DNA of 32,000 nucleotides, taken from positions 3,479,918 to 3,511,917 of the forward strand of contig CP071065.1 of the NCBI GenBank assembly GCA_017164015.1, read 5' to 3'. The translations under genes were made by a program, and so were the position numbers. This DNA comes from Nostoc sp. UHCC 0702 (GTDB taxonomy: Bacteria; Cyanobacteriota; Cyanobacteriia; Cyanobacteriales; Nostocaceae). Positions 15,847 through 22,912 of the stretch are shown here, in pieces; position 1 is the stretch's first letter; each line of letters starts with the position of its first letter. Below the pieces are notes generated by a model. The model had not been told where the DNA came from. It searched no databases and worked only from the letters and a program-made list of their open reading frames with translations.

Positions 15847-15880
15847 CCCCAGTCCCCAGCTATATCATCACCTCCTGAGA

Positions 15881-17428
15881 CTAGTAAAGTGCCGTCGCGG
15901 CTAATGGCAATTTTTCTAATGCTTTAATTTCGCTGCTTTTGGCTTGAGTTTCGCTTTTGTTGGCTTGGTGATAGAGAATGAAAGTTCCTATGCCCAATGC
16001 CATAGAAACCAGCAACCCGATACATACTGCAACTAAAAGATATCTTTGGAATTTAGCAGTTTGTTTTTCTTGTGCTAGTAGTGCTTCTACTTCTTTAACC
16101 CGTGCTGCCTCTAATGCCGTTTGCACTTCGCGCTGTTCGCATTGTTGACTAGCGGCTAAAAATTGATAATCCAAATTGCTGAGACTTTTGCCCTGGGCCC
16201 AGTTTTGAGTATCTTTAAGGGCTTTTCCTCGCAACAGACGCGATTCGTCTTCATAGCCTGATGCTACCCATGCATTGAATGTTTGCGAGTAAGGGCGGAG
16301 ATTATCTAACTGCCTGATTACCCATTCAGCATTGAAAACACTTTCATAGATGGGATTTTTAATTTTGAGATAGCCGTTGTATTTCTCGACTAAACCAGAT
16401 AACAATAGTTCTGTCTGTTCTCGACTATCATCAGTGGGTACACCAGATGTCTGATTTGACTGTGCTTGCAGTATTTGTTGATAAAGTCCTAGCAGGTGTC
16501 CGGCTCGGTGTTCGTGGAAAAGTAGGCGATCTCTGATGGTGCGGAGGTGTTCGGGTTCATCTTGAGATTCCCAATGTAGGATAATGCGGGACTTCACCAA
16601 TTGCTCTATCCAAAACCCCTCAGCACCAGGGGGTATGGTAATCATTTCCGTAGAACTTTCTAGGGCAACCCGCACAACTAATTGGCAGAGTTTCTGTGTG
16701 AGAAACGGTTGTCCTCCTGTCCAGCGCATAATTTCTTGCAAGATTGCTCTGGGTTGGCTGATGATTTGCTCTAAGCCTTTGAGCAGGGGCGTGGCTTCAT
16801 GGAGTTGAAAGCCATATAATTCAATGGCTTGTCCGATATTAAACGGTGTTCTGAGTTTATCAGTTATTAAATCAGATGGACTGACTACGCCAAATAGTGC
16901 AAAACCCAGACGGCTGAAATCTGAGTTATATGCCTGCTGGTTATAGCAATGACGAATCCAAGCAAAAAAGTCGTTGACGGGAAAGTTTAAACTTAGTAAG
17001 CTATCTATCTCATCAATAAAGATGAATATGCGATCGCTCTCTAGTTCTTTTAGTAATACCTGTTCCACGAATTGATGCAATCGTTGCACAGGGGCAAGTT
17101 CTGCTTGTTGCTCCCACCATTGTTTAAAGTTGACTCGCTCCTCTAAGTTGAACTCATAAAACAAACTGACAATAATACCTTTGTACCATTGCACAGGTGT
17201 AGTTGACTCACTGCCCAATCGCGTCACATCTATGTAAACACAGGCATAGCCTTCTTTTTCTAGGCGATGCCTGGTTCGTTGTAGTAGGGATGACTTGCCC
17301 ATCTGGCGGCTGTTTAAGACGTAACAAAAATTCCCGCCTTTTAGCTCAGCATAAAGTTGTTCGTCTGCTTGACGGACGACGTAATTAGGATCATCACCTC
17401 CAAGACTGCCGCCAACTTGATATCTCAT
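15881..17428 (-). CDS. AAA-like / STAND-type P-loop ATPase with a C-terminal coiled coil and a single TM anchor
   Basis: 515-aa ORF with YQVGGSL...YVVRQADEQLY, Walker A NSRQMGKSSL, Walker B IFIFIDEIDS, RTPFNIG and WTGGQPFLTQKLCQLV. The C-terminal hydrophobic segment is YLLVAVCIGLLVSMALGIGTFILY. Confidence 0.85.
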   Translation of the reverse strand: MRYQVGGSLGGDDPNYVVRQADEQLYAELKGGNFCYVLNSRQMGKSSLLQRTRHRLEKEGYACVYIDVTRLGSESTTPVQWYKGIIVSLFYEFNLEERVNFKQWWEQQAELAPVQRLHQFVEQVLLKELESDRIFIFIDEIDSLLSLNFPVNDFFAWIRHCYNQQAYNSDFSRLGFALFGVVSPSDLITDKLRTPFNIGQAIELYGFQLHEATPLLKGLEQIISQPRAILQEIMRWTGGQPFLTQKLCQLVVRVALESSTEMITIPPGAEGFWIEQLVKSRIILHWESQDEPEHLRTIRDRLLFHEHRAGHLLGLYQQILQAQSNQTSGVPTDDSREQTELLLSGLVEKYNGYLKIKNPIYESVFNAEWVIRQLDNLRPYSQTFNAWVASGYEDESRLLRGKALKDTQNWAQGKSLSNLDYQFLAASQQCEQREVQTALEAARVKEVEALLAQEKQTAKFQRYLLVAVCIGLLVSMALGIGTFILYHQANKSETQAKSSEIKALEKLPLAATALY

Positions 17429-17876
17429 GTCAAAATGTTTGATGAAAAATGGCGGAGATTTACCAAATTATATTTTGGCATATAAGTATTTTTTTTCGGT
17501 GTTCTGGAGCCAGTTTTTTTTCTTTGTTTAAAAGGTAAAAATTACATTATGTAAACACTTGTATTTTATTAAACTTTTATAAAAATTATACTTTTTGTTA
17601 GTTCATTTTTACGGCATTTAGGCAATTTACAGTCACTATTTCGCACCTGATGATTAAAATTGCGGTTTATTTTGCACACAAACAAAGTGTGGCGAATCAG
17701 GCTGCAAAATCTTAATTTTATATTAGTACTGCTAGGCAAAAAGAGTTTGTTTAGCTGAACAAGTATCTGGCTCTAATAGTTGCACAGTCAGGGTTCCCTT
17801 GATTGAGTACAACTAGCGTGGGGCTTTAGTCGTTGCGGCAACATGCTCCCATATCAGATCAATCAGACTGATGAGG

Positions 17877-17924
17877 TTAACTGTCTTAACTGTCTTAACT
17901 GTCTTAACTGTCTTAACTGTCTTA
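17877..17924. repeat. Nonamer tandem repeat (TTAACTGTC, about 5 copies)
   Basis: Read directly. It generates the spurious CLNCLN and RQLRQL ORFs on the two strands. Confidence 0.9.
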
Positions 17925-18082
17925 TTTTTTTAGAATTTTTTTTGATTAAGTATCTAATTAGGTATTGCTTTTTATATATATCTTTTGATAGACTATATTC
18001 AATTGTAAAAATTGGTAAATATAGCCAGTATCCATAAATTAATCTTGTAATTTCCAGAATCAACCTTCTGGAAATACAGCTT

Positions 18083-18104
18083 AAAAAAAACCTCTGGATA
18101 GAGG
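18083..18104 (-). terminator. Possible intrinsic terminator downstream of the HTH-ATPase gene
   Basis: The minus strand reads CCTCT-atcc-AGAGG followed by T8. The stem is only 5 bp, about 165 nt after the stop. Confidence 0.4.
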
Positions 18105-18265
18105 CTAAATTTCATGAAAAATTAGGTAAATTAATTTCTATTAGAGAAAAATCTAGAAGAATTAATTTCTACCAGATTTGAGCATAGCTAAATATAGCAC
18201 CCAGCAAATAAACAGACTATGCAGGAGCAAAAAAGCAGATAAAAGGGGTTTCAAACTTCTATTGA

Positions 18266-19690
18266 TTAATGGCTATCCATCGATAATTGTTTTGCAAAAT
18301 AAACACGGTAAAGTTGGCACCGTGGTTTGATGCGATCGCCTTCATAGGCTATCAATCCCAGGCTATCGAGCTGATAAACCTGAATGGGATCAAGATAGAT
18401 ACTTTGTTTTGTTGTTACAACCTGAGTGTATGCTTCCAACAAGCTGGGGTTTTCTTGCAGCTGTGTCCAGTATCGCCATAGATGCTGTCGATAGATCCCA
18501 CCGTTAGCGCTCGCTTCTTGTAAGAGTTCTTCTAAGGTCATACCTTGACAAGTGAGATAATACAGAGCAATCCGAATCAGTGCTGGATGTCCACCCACGA
18601 GAGACATCAATTTGCTCGCCTCTTTACGAGACTTCCATTTCAGTTCGTGCTGACGAGCTAATTCTTCTACCTGTTGGAGAGTAAAATCGCTCAGACGCAA
18701 TGGTAATCCAATGTTGAACGGAGAGCGGTTGATATCGAAAGTCAAATGAACTTCTGTAGAGTAAACAATCACTAGCCTGAGTTTCTGCCAGTTACTATCT
18801 TGATGTCCTTCCTCATGCCACGATCGCAACAAAGGAAAAAACTCTTGAGCAATTTGGGGATATTCAAAAAAGCGGTCAACTCGCTCTAACACAACGACTA
18901 TTGGACGTTGGATTTGTTTGAGTAAGTAATTTTTCAAGTAGAAACTACAGCTGAACTTACTGCCAATTTCTTCATCCCAGTAGGCATCTAGTTGGGGATC
19001 AATGCCTAATTCTGTAGCTAGTCGCCAGCAAAAACTACGGAAAAATTGGTCTAAATTACTCAGACAGAAGGCATCGATTTGGTGGCAATCTAATTTGATC
19101 GTGTAATATTCCTGTTGGTGGGCAAAAGCTAACAGCCGCAGCACCAGAGAGCTTTTACCCATTTCTCTGGGAGCATGAATGCGAATCACAGAACCTGGTT
19201 GAGTTATTTCCTGATAGACAAGCTCCTCAATGGGTGGACGTTTGATATAAAGGGGAGAATCTAGGGGAACAGGGCCATCTGGGTATGAGCAATAAAACTC
19301 CAAATTTCTGGGCTGTTGTCTACTCAAAGAGCTTTTAACTATTGATGTCAACGGATATATCGGTTTGTCGTGGGAGTCCAAACTTGAATACAAGGCTTGA
19401 GCGGTTTGATTGTCTTCTACAGTCTCAATGCTATAGTCTTCTTCAGATAATTCCAGACCAAAAGCGTTAAAGCATAGTTTGAGCGTTCGCCGATCCACAC
19501 TTACACTCGAATACCATAACCGATTCAAGGTTTTTGTGGATATGTTCATGCGATCGCTTAACTCGTCTAAGCTGAAGCGATGGCCCTTGTTCTGCTTGAT
19601 CTCTACAGCCCGAATTGCCCTCTGTAAGCGCTTCAGACCCACAGAAGTTAACAAAACTCCCCGTTTACGCGTGGTTTTTGCTTGTTTCAT
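18266..19690 (-). CDS. HTH-fused AAA-like ATPase (AAA_35-type) with a deviant Walker B
   Basis: The ORF is open to 19894 (542 aa), but the ATG at 19690 has AGGTGA 4 nt upstream and starts at MKQAKTTRKRGVLLTSVGLKRLQ. It carries the HTH-like segment FSLDELSDRMNISTKTLNRLW, then DSPLYIKRPPIEE, Walker A HAPREMGKSSL, Walker B position VVVLERVD, RSPFNIG and VGGHPALI. Confidence 0.8.
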   Translation of the reverse strand: MKQAKTTRKRGVLLTSVGLKRLQRAIRAVEIKQNKGHRFSLDELSDRMNISTKTLNRLWYSSVSVDRRTLKLCFNAFGLELSEEDYSIETVEDNQTAQALYSSLDSHDKPIYPLTSIVKSSLSRQQPRNLEFYCSYPDGPVPLDSPLYIKRPPIEELVYQEITQPGSVIRIHAPREMGKSSLVLRLLAFAHQQEYYTIKLDCHQIDAFCLSNLDQFFRSFCWRLATELGIDPQLDAYWDEEIGSKFSCSFYLKNYLLKQIQRPIVVVLERVDRFFEYPQIAQEFFPLLRSWHEEGHQDSNWQKLRLVIVYSTEVHLTFDINRSPFNIGLPLRLSDFTLQQVEELARQHELKWKSRKEASKLMSLVGGHPALIRIALYYLTCQGMTLEELLQEASANGGIYRQHLWRYWTQLQENPSLLEAYTQVVTTKQSIYLDPIQVYQLDSLGLIAYEGDRIKPRCQLYRVYFAKQLSMDSH

Positions 19691-20120
19691 CTCGTCACCT
19701 AATTTAACTGAGGACACCTTTGACTTTTTGTCTCTGGAGCTATCCCGATCGCCAATTACGCCAAATATGGGATTACCTTGGTTATTTGGTAACAATGCAC
19801 TAGAGCAAAGCTTTTCCATTATGCTGGTGTATTTTTTGTTAGCGCTTTTGTTAACGATACATTTTAAAATACATTCTGGAGCTTGATCAAGCAAGGCTTA
19901 TTCAGTAATATTACGGTTTTTTTAATAATTCAAAATAAATTTTCCTACTTTTCTTACTTTTCTTACTTCAGTAGGCAGAGGAACACACCTTTAGGACTGG
20001 GAACTGAGAACTGGGAATATCTAAACTGCGAAGACTAAATTTGTGCATTAGCTTGACTCTTGTGGAATGGGCGTCTCGCCCGTCCGTTATTGGCGGGCCG
20101 GACAGCCCTTGTCACGCTAC

Positions 20121-20161
20121 TGTCAGATCCCCGACTTCTTCAAGAAGTCGGGGATCTGACA
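20121..20161. repeat. Perfect 41-nt palindrome (19-bp stem, 3-nt loop) 16 nt downstream of the S8 peptidase stop
   Basis: tgtcagatccccgacttct-tca-agaagtcggggatctgaca. No U tract follows on either strand. Confidence 0.85.
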
Positions 20162-20176
20162 ATAGCCTCCGCGCCT

Positions 20177-22363
20177 TCATCGTCTTTGCTTCACCGCTTG
20201 CACTGCTGCATCTGCGTTCACAAGTCCTTTACCAAAGAAGTACTGCTGTCCTTTGACTGAAGAAGATACTGCACCTTTGCGCCGCTGTGAACGATATACC
20301 CTGGCATCTTCGTCAGAGATATTTAGCCATTCATAACTAGCTGTAGATTTGAGGATACTAACTAAACGTTCTCTGCGAATTTGTTTATTTTCGCCTTTCA
20401 TTAATGCCACTACCCCGGCTACGGCTGGCGCAGAGAAAGATGTACCCTGCACCCACCAATATTTGCCGCGTTGATCTAGCACTGAAGACCAACGAGAGTT
20501 AGGGTTAGGTATTCCTTGCCAAAAAGCATCTAGCCAAGTACCGCCTGTGGTGGGAATTCCACCTATAAATCCTGGTGTGTCAAAATCTCCTCCTGGCGCA
20601 ACTAAATCTAATCCTTTGCCGTAGTTACTATAAGGAGCGCGATTCCCTACAATATTAGTTGCACCAACAGCAACCACTCCCGGATAAGCAGCGGGATAGG
20701 CTACTTGGTTGGAGTTTTCGTTACCAGCAGAAGCGACAATTACCAGTTTCGGGTTGGCTTTGAGGACATCAGCGATCGCTTCTTCTTCTCCTTGACTAGG
20801 GAGAGTACTACCCAAGCTGAGATTAATGATATCAGCACCGCGATCGCTAGCATAGCCAATAGCCTCAATATAAGCAGAAGGGCTATAACTACCATTTAAT
20901 CCAAACAGCCGCACAGGTAAAATTTGAGCATTGGGAGCTACACCCACTAATCCTTGCCCATTTTGGGATTTAGCTGCAATTACACCACTCACCCAAGTAC
21001 CATGAAATTCTCCCCCGACTTTGTAAGTCCGAAAAACGTAACGTAAAACATCAGCAATTTGCTTTACAGAATAATCTGGCTTGTTTTGCTTAACTTCCAA
21101 CGCCTCTTCGGGGTATTGCTGCACTAGTTCGGCATCAGATAGTTTGAAAGTATCTTGAAATCTGGCTTTGAGGATGGCGAGTTCGTCACGACTAATGCGC
21201 GTATCGCCATCACCGATTTCACAGGGTTCGAGACTATTACCACCACTAGAAAAATCCCAGCCGTGAATTTCAGTTGGGCATTTGTCAGCAGCTTTAACGG
21301 TGTACAAACTACCAGCCAAATCAGGATGATCCCATTGAATCAAGCTGTCTAAAACTGCTACAACTACACCACGTCCGCCGTTACTATGTTTCCAGGCATC
21401 AGTGACGCGAATATCTGTACGGGATACAGTAGACTTTGTACCCGCAGTCGGTTGTTGCAGGCAGTTTTGCAGTGATTCCCAACTAGATATCGGCTGTGAC
21501 AAACATTGTTTTAAAGGTTCACTGTCCAAATGCCACGCGAATCCTAGTAATGGGGATTGGGTATTAGGTAATGGGGATTGGGTATTGGGTATTGGGGATT
21601 GGGTATTAAGAAAACTCTTGCCCCAGTCCCCAGTCCCTAGTCCCCAGCGATGCACTGAGCTTGTCGAAGTGTCCCCAGCCCCTAGTCCCCAGTCCTTTTT
21701 ACTAACTGATTGGATAAAGTTGGGAGCAGCAGAAGTGACTCCTTTAACGTTGTATAGTTGGTTAGCGACATTGAGAATTTGTGTTCCAGCCGCTGCTGTG
21801 GACTTTACTAGATAGCGATCGCGATTGAAGCGCAACGGACGTACAATTGCCAAATTATTCTGCTGTAAAATAGCTTGTCTTTGACTTTGTGAAACTTTGG
21901 GTTCAAAGCTCACAATAATTTCATTGGGCAAAACAATAACTTCTTTGGTTTCCTGGCGAGTTAGTACTGGTAGGGTATTTTCCACATAAGGTTGTTGTTG
22001 AATGCGCTGCTGAATAGTTGCGGCAATATCGGGAACTTGAGATGGCAGACTGACAACAGCATAGTTTTCACCCAAAGGACTAACTGTAGGTGAATTACCG
22101 CCTCGAACACCACCTTTGAGTGATTCTTGGAGTTGCAGATAAAAAGGTTGAGCCGCAATACCACGAGTACCAATCTTCTTAAAAGAGACAGCGATCGCAT
22201 CCTGCCTTTGATTTAGAGGAATACGTTGTCCTTTATAAATGTAAAATAAATCACTGCCTTCTTGACTTTGAGCAACCGCTGTCACTTGCGGTGGAATGCA
22301 GAACATACCCAACCCAGACCAAATACAAGCAGTTAGCAAAATACCAGATGTGATGCGTTTCAT
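20177..22363 (-). CDS. Secreted S8 (subtilisin-family) serine peptidase with an N-terminal pro-region
   Basis: 728-aa ORF. Signal peptide: MKRITSGILLTACIWSGLGMFCIPPQVTAVA. Catalytic Asp in VVVAVLDSLIQWDHPDL, His in EFHGTWVSGVIAA, Asn in ASAGNEN and Ser in GTSFSAPAVAGVVAL. Confidence 0.9.
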   Translation of the reverse strand: MKRITSGILLTACIWSGLGMFCIPPQVTAVAQSQEGSDLFYIYKGQRIPLNQRQDAIAVSFKKIGTRGIAAQPFYLQLQESLKGGVRGGNSPTVSPLGENYAVVSLPSQVPDIAATIQQRIQQQPYVENTLPVLTRQETKEVIVLPNEIIVSFEPKVSQSQRQAILQQNNLAIVRPLRFNRDRYLVKSTAAAGTQILNVANQLYNVKGVTSAAPNFIQSVSKKDWGLGAGDTSTSSVHRWGLGTGDWGKSFLNTQSPIPNTQSPLPNTQSPLLGFAWHLDSEPLKQCLSQPISSWESLQNCLQQPTAGTKSTVSRTDIRVTDAWKHSNGGRGVVVAVLDSLIQWDHPDLAGSLYTVKAADKCPTEIHGWDFSSGGNSLEPCEIGDGDTRISRDELAILKARFQDTFKLSDAELVQQYPEEALEVKQNKPDYSVKQIADVLRYVFRTYKVGGEFHGTWVSGVIAAKSQNGQGLVGVAPNAQILPVRLFGLNGSYSPSAYIEAIGYASDRGADIINLSLGSTLPSQGEEEAIADVLKANPKLVIVASAGNENSNQVAYPAAYPGVVAVGATNIVGNRAPYSNYGKGLDLVAPGGDFDTPGFIGGIPTTGGTWLDAFWQGIPNPNSRWSSVLDQRGKYWWVQGTSFSAPAVAGVVALMKGENKQIRRERLVSILKSTASYEWLNISDEDARVYRSQRRKGAVSSSVKGQQYFFGKGLVNADAAVQAVKQRR
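21552..21695. repeat. Intergenic-type repeats lying in frame inside the S8 ORF: a 21-bp unit x3, CCCCAGT heptamers, and one copy of the 31-bp element
   Basis: On the minus strand this encodes WGLGAGDTSTSSVHRWGLGTGDWGKSFLNTQSPIPNTQSPLPNTQSPLL. Positions 21642-21672 are identical to the 31-mer at 15754-15846. Confidence 0.85.
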
Positions 22364-22382
22364 AAATTTTGACTCTACTTTT

Positions 22383-22578
22383 AGTTGTTAGTTGTCAGTT
22401 GTTAGTTGTCAGTGGTCAGTTGTTAGTTGTTAGTTGTCAGTTGTCAGTTGTCAGTTGTTAGTTGTTAGTTGTTAGTTGTCAGTTGTCAGTTGTCAGTTGT
22501 TAGTTGTCAGTTGTTAATACTCTCACCTTTCCCCCCCTGCTCCCCTGCTCCCCTGCTCCCCTGCTCCCCTGCTCCCCC
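22383..22578. repeat. Composite STRR cassette: (TTGTCAG/TTGTTAG) x about 19, a spacer, then (CCCCTGCT) x about 6
   Basis: Read directly. It fills almost the entire 224-nt gap between the small secreted-protein gene and the S8 gene. Confidence 0.9.
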
Positions 22579-22587
22579 GCTACCTAC

Positions 22588-22896
22588 TCAGCTTCCCCAA
22601 TCAACGTAAATGCAGCCCATTGCAGAGGTTGAGGATATGTCTGCATTGTCGCTATGGTCGCCCAAAACCCACGGCTTACTTACCTTGTGTGATTTGAATT
22701 GCCTCTCCTCTGCAAAGTAATCAATAAAACTCCCTGACACAGCAGAATTTTGGTTTATTTGATTATTCGCTGTTTGTGCCGACACCTGTGGTAGCGAGAA
22801 AAGTACTGAAAAATTCTGCGGCAATGTTGGTACAAATGTAGCCAGAAAAGCACTCAAAGCAATTACAATCATTTTGCGAAAACGCATAGTTATCAT
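22588..22896 (-). CDS. Small secreted protein of unknown function
   Basis: The ORF track starts this ORF at a TTG (22926) that overlaps the CHAT gene. The ATGs at 22896 and 22887 give MITMRFRKMIVIALSAFLATFVPTLPQNFSVLFSLPQVSA/QT, which is a signal peptide. It begins 17 nt after the CHAT stop. Confidence 0.55.
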   Translation of the reverse strand: MITMRFRKMIVIALSAFLATFVPTLPQNFSVLFSLPQVSAQTANNQINQNSAVSGSFIDYFAEERQFKSHKVSKPWVLGDHSDNADISSTSAMGCIYVDWGS

Positions 22897-22912
22897 CTCA
22901 ACTTCTCTGGAA

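Noticed and set aside
17843-18063. 64-aa and 66-aa ORFs on opposite strands (CLNCLNCLN and RQLRQLRQL)
   Set aside because: Both are driven by the nonamer tandem repeat in an AT-rich intergenic region. A mirror-image pair of ORFs over a repeat is an artefact.
20041-20260. Two overlapping plus-strand ORFs of 66-71 aa
   Set aside because: They run through the GC-rich repeat and the 41-nt palindrome and into the antisense of the S8 gene 3' end. Their composition is that of translated repeats.
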